From assembly GCA_048499955.1 (NCBI GenBank), contig JASNYX010000001.1, positions 2,452 to 66,451 on the forward strand: a stretch of 64,000 bases of DNA, written 5' to 3'. Below the pieces are notes generated by a model. The model worked only from the letters and a program-made list of their open reading frames with translations, ran no database searches and had not been told where the DNA came from. Positions 11,059 to 20,284 of the stretch are shown piece by piece. Positions within the stretch are counted from its first letter, which is position 1. Each line of letters starts with the position of its first letter. Made by a program: the position numbers and the translations under genes. Origin of the DNA: Patescibacteria group bacterium (GTDB taxonomy: Bacteria > Patescibacteriota > WWE3 > 2-01-FULL-39-13).

Positions 11059-11295
11059 AACGAGGGAATTTTAACACAAACTCAACGTTTTTCGTATGGG
11101 AAATTCAATAGATTCAGTTTAATTCAGATAATTTAGTTAATACCTCTAGAAGCTATCTGAAAACCTCAAGAATCCTCATAATTACAACGGATCTAAAAAG
11201 CTTTCCAAAATGAGCTTGAGGCACGGAAAAGTATCGAAAGGACAACGACATCCACCGAAACCGTTTCGAACTTTAGAAAGGTTTTAAGAAGAGTT

Positions 11296-13002
11296 CTAGT
11301 ACGATTCAAACTCAAAATCGTCAATACTTTTGAGGTACTTAACGTGATCTTCCCTAAAATGTTCGTATTTTTTCAGGTTACTACCATTCGTAGATATGAA
11401 ATCTGCGGCAAAATGAGCTCCGATATAGTGAGAAAGTACCACAACAGTAACTCCCGCAGAGTACAATTCAAGAGCATTTTTCATTGTATCCGAGATTACG
11501 ATAATGATCGCTTGGTCATTAATCTTTCTAACCGCCTGACTAATTAGCATGTTGGTTTCTAAATCAGGTATTGTCGAAACAATAAACTTAGAGCTTTTTA
11601 ATGGAAGTTCCCCCAAAAATTCAACATCGGAAGCATCTCCATATTCATAGAGGCCATTCGTGTTCTGTATTTTTCCCGTACAGTTGGGATTGTAATCAAC
11701 CACAAGAAATTTCATGCCTTTTTCCTTAAATAATCTTCCGAATTCCGGACCCGCCCGCTTATATCCGAAGATGATCGCCTCGAAATCTTCTTCCTCGCGT
11801 TTAACTACCTTTCCAACCTTACGAAATTCAAGGAGTGCGAGATACTTTCCAATATAAGAAAATATTTTTTCGGAATATAAGATTAAATATGTAGAACCTG
11901 CGATCGTGAATATTCCTACAAGGGTAATCATAGACAAAATCTCTCTCGATAAATGTCCTGAATCAAAACCAAGCTTTATCAATATAAGAGAAAACTCACT
12001 AATCTGAGCTACTGTAAGCCCGGCCATAAACCCTGTTTTTCTCGTATATCCCATTAGATTTAGAAGTATAAGAACAATAATTGGGTTACCAATAAGAATA
12101 AAAGTGGAAAAAAGAACTGTTGGCGCAAGCAGGGAACTCCAATTATCGAAAACCATTTGATATCCAAGAAGTATAAAAAATAGAGTAATAAAAAAATCTC
12201 GGAGTGGCTTCATTCTTGAGGATATCTCATTAGAATACGGCGTCATTGATAAAGTTACTCCCGCTACTAAAGCACCAATTTCTATAGATAAACCCAAAAT
12301 ATGATATAGCGAGGCAATCATCATTCCCCAAGCCAAAGAAGAAATAAATAAGAATTCCTGAGATTTAGCAAAAAATACCGTCATTCTGGAAAGAACGTGT
12401 GTCGAAAACATGAACAGAAACATTAATAGAAACAAACCTTGCATTAACAGAAACAACAAACTTAATACCGCATCAGTAGAAATTCCACCGTGAAAAGAAC
12501 TCAAGCTTGAAATACCAACTAAGATAATGGTTGCGATTAAATCCTGAACAAGAAGAAAACCAATAGATATTCGTCCATATAATTTATTAACATCGCCCTT
12601 ATCTGAAAGTAGTTTAAGAATGATTATTGTACTGCTGAAAGTAAGTGCAACCGCAATATATATAGATTCAAGCGTACTGAACCCCAATAAAATTCCCAGA
12701 ATATAACCGAATATTGAAGTGAATAATACCTGTCCTACTCCGGTTACGGTTGAAACTACCCCTAACTCTTTTAAAACCTTAGGGCTTAAACCCAAACCGA
12801 CAATGAACAACAATGCAGTTATTCCAAGTTTTGAGAATAATTCCACAACCTCTACAGAGGTTAAGATATTTAAAAAATACGGACCCACTAACAAGCCGGT
12901 GATAATGTACCCGATCACTAAAGGTTGTTTTAAAAACCTCATTACAATCGAAATAAGAAGTGCAACAAAAAGTATTAAGCTTATTTCCGTAAACTGTTCC
13001 AT
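11296..13002 (-). CDS. CPA2/Kef-type cation:proton antiporter with C-terminal TrkA-N (RCK) domain
   Basis: About 12 TM helices with LLFIVGL, LVQD, PLRDFF and QISEFSL motifs. C-terminal Rossmann-like IIFGYKRAG...VVDYNP...YGDASD. Confidence 0.9.
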   Translation of the reverse strand: MEQFTEISLILFVALLISIVMRFLKQPLVIGYIITGLLVGPYFLNILTSVEVVELFSKLGITALLFIVGLGLSPKVLKELGVVSTVTGVGQVLFTSIFGYILGILLGFSTLESIYIAVALTFSSTIIILKLLSDKGDVNKLYGRISIGFLLVQDLIATIILVGISSLSSFHGGISTDAVLSLLFLLMQGLFLLMFLFMFSTHVLSRMTVFFAKSQEFLFISSLAWGMMIASLYHILGLSIEIGALVAGVTLSMTPYSNEISSRMKPLRDFFITLFFILLGYQMVFDNWSSLLAPTVLFSTFILIGNPIIVLILLNLMGYTRKTGFMAGLTVAQISEFSLILIKLGFDSGHLSREILSMITLVGIFTIAGSTYLILYSEKIFSYIGKYLALLEFRKVGKVVKREEEDFEAIIFGYKRAGPEFGRLFKEKGMKFLVVDYNPNCTGKIQNTNGLYEYGDASDVEFLGELPLKSSKFIVSTIPDLETNMLISQAVRKINDQAIIIVISDTMKNALELYSAGVTVVVLSHYIGAHFAADFISTNGSNLKKYEHFREDHVKYLKSIDDFEFESY

Positions 13003-13074
13003 TCTTTTTATTCTACATGAACATGTAACACAAAATCTCGAGTTTTCTTTCTATATACTTCGATTCGGGTAAGC

Positions 13075-13118
13075 TGTGGATAATTTGTAATTGACTGTGG
13101 ATAACTGACGCATACAAT
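13075..13118 (+). promoter_or_regulatory. dnaA promoter with two perfect DnaA boxes (autoregulation)
   Basis: TGTGGATAA (= TTATCCACA) at 13075-13083 and 13096-13104. Putative -35 TTGACT at 13091-13096 and -10 TACAAT at 13113-13118. Confidence 0.85.
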
Positions 13119-13125
13119 GAAGTTT

Positions 13126-14514
13126 ATGACCTCACCTGATCCTGATTTTATTTGGAACGAAGTAAAAGGCGAATTACAAAAAGTGACAAATCCGGCTCAC
13201 TACAAAGCTTATATTCCGGGAACTTTTATCAAGAAAATAGATGAAACAGATTACCTAATAGAAATAACCGCACCAAGCGAATTCCAACGAAATTTTATAG
13301 AAGATCGAATGTATGGCCACATAAAGGATTCAATTTCCAGACTAGTAGGCCCCAAGTACAGGTTAATGTTTAGCGTAACTAAAAAAGAACCGGCCCAAAT
13401 GAGTATTGATGATTTTGGCCCTTTATTCGAACAAAAACAGGAGCAAGAACTTAGTATCCAAAGCGTCAAGCAAGATGCAGGTTTAAATCCTCAATATACT
13501 TTTGAAAGATTTGTTGTCGGTAATCATAATCGTCTTGCCTATGCTGTATCTACAGCTATCGCAGAGAATCCCGGTAAAATTTATAACCCGTTCTTCTTAT
13601 ATTCAGGAGTTGGATTAGGTAAAACACATTTAGTTCAGGCAATCGGGCATAAAATTATTGAAAAACATCCGAATTTAAAAATTCTTTACAAAACAGGTGA
13701 GCAGTTTCTGAATGAAGTTGTAGATGCCATTCGGAAAAATAAAAATGGCCCCATGGATAACAGAAGAAATAATCTTAAAAAGATGTATAGAAATATAGAT
13801 GTCTTGATCGTCGATGATATACACTCGATAGCGGGAAAAGAATCCACACAGGAAGAGTTTTTCCATACATTTAATGCTTTATATATGTCTCAAAAGCAAA
13901 TTATCCTGACTTCAGATAGATCCCCTAAAGAAATAAAAACTTTAGAAGAAAGGTTATCTTCTAGATTTGCCAGTGGCATGATGGCAGATATACAAAAACC
14001 CGACATGGAAACACGTCTGGCCATTCTTAAAGATAGAAACGACGAACTACATTTGAATTTAAATGAGGATGTACTTGAGCATATAGCGGTAATGGTTGAT
14101 ACAAATATTAGGGAGCTGGAAGGGAAACTTCTTCAAACAGCTATCAGAGCCAAAAGTGAAGGAATGGAATTAAATAAAGAAAATGCAACTCAAATAATAG
14201 GCGAGATAGATAAAGCAAAAGGAAAACTTATAACTCCAAATCATATTATGCATGAGGTTTGCCAATTCTATAATGTAACTCAAAAAGAGTTAAAAGGAGC
14301 AAGAAGATTAAAAACAATCGTCGTTCCCAGACAGATATGTATGTATATGCTAAGAGATATCACCAAGATGGGTCTACAATCTATTGGTGAGATCCTAGGG
14401 AAAAAAGATCATACAACGGTTATTCATGCCTTACAAAAGATAGAATTGGAAATCAAAAAAAATTCTCGTGTATTCAAAGAAATAGAAACCATTAGATCCC
14501 GCTTATATCTTTAA
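13126..14514 (+). CDS. dnaA: Chromosomal replication initiator DnaA
   Basis: YTFERFVVG, GVGLGKTHL, QEEFFHTFN and KDHTTV motifs. The ORF track starts at 13117, but that ATG overlaps the -10 box, so 13126 is preferred. Confidence 0.98.
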   Translation: MTSPDPDFIWNEVKGELQKVTNPAHYKAYIPGTFIKKIDETDYLIEITAPSEFQRNFIEDRMYGHIKDSISRLVGPKYRLMFSVTKKEPAQMSIDDFGPLFEQKQEQELSIQSVKQDAGLNPQYTFERFVVGNHNRLAYAVSTAIAENPGKIYNPFFLYSGVGLGKTHLVQAIGHKIIEKHPNLKILYKTGEQFLNEVVDAIRKNKNGPMDNRRNNLKKMYRNIDVLIVDDIHSIAGKESTQEEFFHTFNALYMSQKQIILTSDRSPKEIKTLEERLSSRFASGMMADIQKPDMETRLAILKDRNDELHLNLNEDVLEHIAVMVDTNIRELEGKLLQTAIRAKSEGMELNKENATQIIGEIDKAKGKLITPNHIMHEVCQFYNVTQKELKGARRLKTIVVPRQICMYMLRDITKMGLQSIGEILGKKDHTTVIHALQKIELEIKKNSRVFKEIETIRSRLYL

Positions 14515-14950
14515 ATTAACTTATAAATTTTCCACACCCTTTGTAGTTACTTTATGTATATATATTCAGTAGCAGTATTAGTAGGGGATGTGGATATGTT
14601 TATAACAATTAAATACATTTTAATATCAACATAATTAATATGACATGAATGTGTAAAAGTCGATTTTGCCTATAACAACGCCTATATAAATTCCCCTATT
14701 CAATAAAAACCTGCCGGATGAGCGTTTGTTCTTTCCACAGAATGTTAAAGTTCGGGTTAACTTCTGTTCATTAATTTCCACAGTTACCAACAAAGACCGA
14801 TAGCGTAATCCTATTTTACCAACATAAAGCAACTATGGGGTATGGTTATGAAAAAGCCTGTAAAATAAGCACTATAATATGGGTATGTGTGAGGGAATTT
14901 AAATCTTGTTCTTATCAGGTTTATAAATTTGTTCGCATTTTTGCTAAAAT
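14515..14950. other. Putative replication origin (oriC)
   Basis: AT-rich non-coding gap after dnaA with near-consensus DnaA boxes: TTTTCCACA 14528, TGTGGATAT 14589, CTTTCCACA 14731, ATTTCCACA 14774. By eye the + strand switches from A/C-rich to G/T-rich here. Confidence 0.8.
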
Positions 14951-14957
14951 GTCTTTA

Positions 14958-16310
14958 ATGGATATGAATCAAATTAACGCTTCTTCAGCTAACATGAGTC
15001 GGAATATTAAGCTTTTTATAATAATTTTTGCCGCAATTGTTTTTGTTTTTGGAATTGTAACCCTGGCTTTTAGGTTTTTTAATCCTGGTGCTGAATTGAT
15101 TCCGGGTCAGAAGACGACTCTTGAGTATTGGGGTTTATTTGAGTCGGAGCAAGTTATGATGCCACTAATTAAACAATATGAGGCAGAGAACCCCGATGTG
15201 AAAATTAACTACGTTGAGAAGTCATTTACAAACTTAGAAGAGTATAAACAAACATTGCTTGCGAGAGCTAAGTCAGGAACTTCTCCGGATATTTATCGAA
15301 TGCACGCTACTTGGTCTCCTAAGTTTTCCAATTATCTTGCTCCCGCCGGAGGGGTTTTGAGTGCACAATCCTTTACGGATAAATTTTATGATCCTGCAAG
15401 AGGGGCATGTGTAAATGAGGTTCAGGAGGTTAAATGTATTCCGCTAATGCATGATGGATTGGTGCTGGCTTATAACGTTGATATGTTTAGGGATTCCGGT
15501 GTTAGTCCGAATATACAATCCTGGGAGGATTTGAGATTGGCTGCTAAAAGGCTTTCCAGATATGAAGATGAAACCGAACGTGTTCTGTTACGTGCTGGGG
15601 TCGGTTTAGGTTCGATCGATAATGTAGACAATTTTTCTGATATTTTGATGATTATGTTTTATCAAAGCGGGATCAATAGATTTGAAGAATTTGCTTCAGA
15701 AAAGGCTCAATCTGCCTTTCGGTTTTATGCAAGCTTTGTAAAAGATGATTATATTTGGGACCACGCCTTCCCCAACTCCATAAATGCATTTGCTTCAGAA
15801 CGGTCTGCAATGGTTTTTGTAAAAACATCACAAATGCTAGATATCCTTGAGATAAATCCAACAATTAATATGGCGGTTCTCCCTGTTCCTCAATTACCTA
15901 AATTGGGTGGGGGTACAACTAGTGACTATTTGGCATCAATATGGGTTGAAACTGTTTCTTCGAATTCTTCTTCAAATAAAAAAGTTGAAGCGTGGAAATT
16001 TCTTGAATGGTTGAGTCGTCCGGAACAGCAGATTGCACGATTCAATGAATCCTCGTTATACAAAAAGTTTGGGGAAGCATACAGCCACAAGCAGTTGAGA
16101 AATAATTTGATTAACGCACCGCTTTTGGGGCCAGTAGTTAAAGTTGCTCCGGTATCTCGAATCTCTATTTTTGCTGATGGAATAGGAAACGATCAATATG
16201 TCAATTTATTAAAGGAGACTGCCGAAAAAATGACTACGTTAGGTGGGGGACAAGAGGACCTGATTTTAGAAGAATTTATTGAAGATTATAAGAAACTCCT
16301 GCAAGAATAA
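14958..16310 (+). CDS. Membrane-anchored extracellular solute-binding protein (sugar ABC family 1-like)
   Basis: TM helix, then TLEYWGLFE, YEAENPDVKINY, PDIYRMHATW, LAYNVDMF and AWKFLEWLS. Start reassigned from 14835 using TGcTAAAAT as the -10 box. Confidence 0.85.
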   Translation: MDMNQINASSANMSRNIKLFIIIFAAIVFVFGIVTLAFRFFNPGAELIPGQKTTLEYWGLFESEQVMMPLIKQYEAENPDVKINYVEKSFTNLEEYKQTLLARAKSGTSPDIYRMHATWSPKFSNYLAPAGGVLSAQSFTDKFYDPARGACVNEVQEVKCIPLMHDGLVLAYNVDMFRDSGVSPNIQSWEDLRLAAKRLSRYEDETERVLLRAGVGLGSIDNVDNFSDILMIMFYQSGINRFEEFASEKAQSAFRFYASFVKDDYIWDHAFPNSINAFASERSAMVFVKTSQMLDILEINPTINMAVLPVPQLPKLGGGTTSDYLASIWVETVSSNSSSNKKVEAWKFLEWLSRPEQQIARFNESSLYKKFGEAYSHKQLRNNLINAPLLGPVVKVAPVSRISIFADGIGNDQYVNLLKETAEKMTTLGGGQEDLILEEFIEDYKKLLQE

Positions 16311-16312
16311 TT

Positions 16313-18631
16313 ATGGAAAAAACATATAATCCCGGTGATTCTGAAATCCGGATATACAATAAATGGCAGAGCTCTAATCTTTTTTCTCCCGAAGGCTTAG
16401 AAGCCATTCGTGAAAAATACGGCTTACATGCAAATGGCCAAACTTATTCTATTTTGATGCCACCTCCAAATGCGAATGCTGCTTTACACTGCGGCCATGC
16501 TACATATTCTTTGCAGGATCTAATGATCAGGTTTAAACGTATGCAAGGTTATGATGTTCTATATTTGCCTGGTACCGATCATGCAGGATTTGAAACCCAG
16601 GTCGTTTATGAACGTAAACTTAAATCAGAAGGAAAAAGTCGCTTTGATTTTGATAGAGAAACTTTCTTTAACGATGTTTTAAATTTTGTTAAGGATAATT
16701 CAACTTTGGCAATCGACCAATTAAAAAAATTAGGGATGAGTGCCGACTGGTCAAGAAACACATTTACTCTTGATCCTTATGTTGTTGATTTCGTATATGA
16801 CACATTTATAAAAATGTATAAAGACGGAATGGTGTACCGGGATGGCTATATGGTTAATTATTCAACCCATTATGGCACCACTTTCAGCGACTTAGAGGTA
16901 GATTATAAAGACACGATTTCTCCTCTTTATTATGTAAAGTATCTAATAAAAGAGATTCCCGATAAATACATTACTGTGGCTACAGTACGGCCCGAAACCA
17001 TATATGCGGATGTTGCAGTTGCTGTTAACCCTGCAGACAAAAGGTATAAACATCTCGTCGGGAAGACAGCTATTAACCCTTTAAACGGAAGAAACATCCC
17101 TATCATTGAAGATGAATACGTTGAAGTTGAATTTGGTACAGGTGCCTTAAAGATAACTCCCGGTCATGATCCAAATGATTATAAAATCGGCAAAAAGTAT
17201 AACCTTGATCTTATTTCTTTAATAAATTTGGATGGAAAAATGAACGAGCATGCAATCGAATGTGCAGGGTTATATCCATCGCAAGCCAGAAAGAAAGCGG
17301 CTGAGATATTGTCGGAAATGGGTGCGTTAGAAAAAGTGGATGAAAAATATCGAAATCGTGTTCTAGTGGATTACAAAGATGGGTTTCCGATAGAGCCCAT
17401 GATTTTGCCTAACTGGTTTATAAATATTGATGAGTTAGCTGATAAGGCAATGGAAGCCATTAATTCGGACCGGGTCAGATTTAATCTTCCTGAATGGAAG
17501 AGAGATATCAGCCGGTGGATAGTCGAAAAGAAGCCTTGGCCAGTAAGTCGTCAAACTGTTTTCGGTATTAGAATTCCGGTTTGGTACAGTGTTGAGCTCA
17601 ACCCCACCTTACAGATTACCTTCATTAACTCTAAAAAAGAAAATATTACGGGTAGTATTAAAAACCTCTTAGCTGAATACCCATTAAGTGAAATAAAAGA
17701 AGGGTTGCAGAAAGTATTTGCTACCGAAAATTCTATTTTTGAAGTTTCTAAGCTTGCTCCTGATGAAAACTTTCTTCCCGAGACTGATACTTTTGATACA
17801 TGGTTTAGTTCCGGCCAGTGGCCCTTTGTTACATTAATTGAAAAGAACTTGAAGAGCGCCTCTGCCGAAGGCTCAGATAGCTTAAACGAGAAATTAAAAG
17901 CGTCAAGTGATTTAAAAAAATATTTCCCTACTGATTTATTGGATTCGGGTTATGACATTATGTTTTTCTGGATTGCCAGAATGATTATGTTCAGTTTGTA
18001 TCTGACTGATGAAGTTCCATTTAAAATGGTTTACTTTCACGGAATGGTCACCGATAAAAAGGGTCAGAAAATGAGCAAAAGTAAGGGAAATGTTGTTAAC
18101 CCTCTCGAAATGGCTGAAAAATACGGGGCAGATTCCTTAAGGATGGGAATCATAGTGGGCGGGAATACCGAAGCCAGAGTGTCCCCTTTTGATGAAGAAA
18201 AAGTTCGTGGCTATCGGAATTTTGCCAATAAAATTTGGAACATGGGTAGATATTTAAATATGAAGATAGATGAGTCCAAGAACGTGCCGGTTTATTCCCC
18301 TGGGATTTCGACTAATTCCGATGACTTGGAAATAATTTCCAAGTTTAACAGTTTGGTTTCATACGTTACCGATCGTATTGAGAAACTTCAATTTAAGCAT
18401 TCAGGTGAGGCGGTTTATCACTTTATTTGGGATGACTTGGCTAACAATTATCTGGAGAAAATTAAAGATCGGAATGATTCTGAAGCTTTAAGTGTGTTTA
18501 GATATGTTTTTAGTGGATGTCTTAAGCTTTTGCATCCGTTTATGCCTTTCGTGACTGAAGCTGTCTGGGAAGAGGTTTCAGAAACGCCGGAAGTTCCCTT
18601 AATAGTTTCGGGCTGGCCTGAATCTGAGTAA
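16313..18631 (+). CDS. valS: Valine--tRNA ligase
   Basis: PPPNANAALHCGHA (HIGH), PGTDHAG, TVRPET, GTGALKITPGHD, DTWFSS and KMSKSKGN. Lacks the C-terminal coiled coil. Confidence 0.97.
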   Translation: MEKTYNPGDSEIRIYNKWQSSNLFSPEGLEAIREKYGLHANGQTYSILMPPPNANAALHCGHATYSLQDLMIRFKRMQGYDVLYLPGTDHAGFETQVVYERKLKSEGKSRFDFDRETFFNDVLNFVKDNSTLAIDQLKKLGMSADWSRNTFTLDPYVVDFVYDTFIKMYKDGMVYRDGYMVNYSTHYGTTFSDLEVDYKDTISPLYYVKYLIKEIPDKYITVATVRPETIYADVAVAVNPADKRYKHLVGKTAINPLNGRNIPIIEDEYVEVEFGTGALKITPGHDPNDYKIGKKYNLDLISLINLDGKMNEHAIECAGLYPSQARKKAAEILSEMGALEKVDEKYRNRVLVDYKDGFPIEPMILPNWFINIDELADKAMEAINSDRVRFNLPEWKRDISRWIVEKKPWPVSRQTVFGIRIPVWYSVELNPTLQITFINSKKENITGSIKNLLAEYPLSEIKEGLQKVFATENSIFEVSKLAPDENFLPETDTFDTWFSSGQWPFVTLIEKNLKSASAEGSDSLNEKLKASSDLKKYFPTDLLDSGYDIMFFWIARMIMFSLYLTDEVPFKMVYFHGMVTDKKGQKMSKSKGNVVNPLEMAEKYGADSLRMGIIVGGNTEARVSPFDEEKVRGYRNFANKIWNMGRYLNMKIDESKNVPVYSPGISTNSDDLEIISKFNSLVSYVTDRIEKLQFKHSGEAVYHFIWDDLANNYLEKIKDRNDSEALSVFRYVFSGCLKLLHPFMPFVTEAVWEEVSETPEVPLIVSGWPESE

Positions 18632-18636
18632 TACTT

Positions 18637-19209
18637 ATGCCCCTAGACAGAAAGTACGTTTCAAGAGCTGGAGAAAAACTTGAATTCGGTTTGAATCATT
18701 TTGAAATAAACGTAGAAGGTTTAATTTGTGCTGATTTTGGAGCGAGCACAGGCGGTTTCACGGATTGCTTACTAAAGCACGGTGCTGCCAGAGTTTATGC
18801 AGTAGACACAGCTTATGGTGAACTCGATTGGGGATTACGCAACGATTCCAGAGTTATTGTATTAGAAAGAACCAACGTTCTTGACGTTTCGTTACCCGAG
18901 AATCCGGATTTTATATGTTCGGATTTAGGGTGGACCAGGCAGAAAGTATTTTTACCCAAAGCTTTATCCTTATTGAATCAACATGGTGTGCTTGATATCC
19001 CTAATTAAACCTCACTACGAGTCTCCCAAAAATATCTCCAAAAGGGCTTACTGAAACCTGAATATCTTGATGAAGTTCTAGGTGGTGTCTTGAAAGACAT
19101 AACCGATCTGACCTTAGATAATTATGACGTCAGTGAAATAATTGAATCACCTGTATTGGGTGACAAGGCTAAAAACAGGGAATTTCTGATAAAAATCCGT
19201 AAAAAATAA
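18637..19209 (+). pseudogene. tlyA: TlyA-family rRNA methyltransferase (no S4 domain), interrupted by two compensating frameshifts
   Basis: YVSRAGEKL and DFGASTGGFTD in the main frame. LIKPHYE is in the +1 frame at 19001. The main frame resumes at ~19030 and ends ESPVLGDKAKNREFL...TAA at 19209. Confidence 0.85.
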
Positions 19210-19213
19210 ATTA

Positions 19214-19900
19214 TTATTCTTTATCGGAATCAGCTTTTTTAGATGTATCTTCCGGCTCGGAGACTTCTTTTGCGGTGATAACTCCTACATCGCTTACATC
19301 TGTTGGGCCATCTTCTGATTCTTCAAGTTGTTGTGCAAAATCAACTTTAACCACGACTTCTTCCATGTCAGTAAGGACTTCGACTTTGGAAGTATCAATC
19401 GGAAGGTCTGCCACGGTTAATACGGCTCCGACTTCTTTTAGTTGGCTTGCATCAGCTTCGAGTTCGTGAGGTATGTTTTGAGGAAGGCATCTAACTTCTA
19501 CATATGACAACACGGTGATCAGAATACCTTCGGCTGATTCTATCGGAGGGCATTTGTCTTCGTTTATGACTATCACGGGAACTTCAGCATCAATTTCTTG
19601 CTTCATATCTACCTCGAATAGACCAACGTGAATCGGCTCTAGGTTGAGAGGTTCAACCTGAACCTCAGATATTAGTATGTTCACGGCTTCCGCTTCATCG
19701 ATATTCAGCTTAATAAGAGTTGATTCTCCGGATTCCTTGTATACCTTTTTAAATTCTGAAAGATTTAGAGTCAGGTTTACAACCTCTTTTTCCCCTCTTG
19801 AAGAGCCTCTCGAAAACAATACTGCAGGTATATTACCTTTTCTTCTTAAGCTAGCTACTTTTTTTCCGTTCAGTTTTCTTTTTTGTGCAGATAGTTCCAT
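19214..19900 (-). CDS. rplY: 50S ribosomal protein L25/CTC
   Basis: LRRKGNIPAVLF, VEVRCLPQNIP and an acidic tail. Confidence 0.93.
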   Translation of the reverse strand: MELSAQKRKLNGKKVASLRRKGNIPAVLFSRGSSRGEKEVVNLTLNLSEFKKVYKESGESTLIKLNIDEAEAVNILISEVQVEPLNLEPIHVGLFEVDMKQEIDAEVPVIVINEDKCPPIESAEGILITVLSYVEVRCLPQNIPHELEADASQLKEVGAVLTVADLPIDTSKVEVLTDMEEVVVKVDFAQQLEESEDGPTDVSDVGVITAKEVSEPEDTSKKADSDKE

Positions 19901-20284
19901 ATATTCCTTTTTGTTTTTAAAACTTGCTTTAAATTACTGATGTCTTTCATTGATACCGGTTTTGCTTCCGGTTCCTTTATTAGGCTTTTCCGAAATTTTT
20001 CCGCTAAATCTTTTAATAATCTTTCATTTTTTGGTGCCATTTCTCGTTTCAGGTAAAGTTTGATTTTCTGACTTGCTATATGAAAACCAAGTTTTGTCCT
20101 GGGTATTTTCTATCAGATTCAATATTAAATATCTATATTAGAACACATTTCCTTACAAAAGCCTGACTTAACTGCAAAATTCTATCATCAAATTAGAGAT
20201 TTTGCTATATCGGCTTCAATCCGGTTTCATAGAGGGCAGTTTTTTAGTTCACTTTTCGCGAATTGTCGGTTCTGAGGGGGTATT

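Noticed and set aside
14635-14957. Minus-strand 65-aa ORF and the 14835 extension of the solute-binding protein
   Set aside because: They lie in the DnaA-box-rich putative oriC, and a better start with a -10 box exists at 14958.
19933-20284. Short minus-strand ORFs upstream of rplY (e.g. 35-aa MAPKNERLL...)
   Set aside because: No recognisable homology; cannot be told from chance ORFs.
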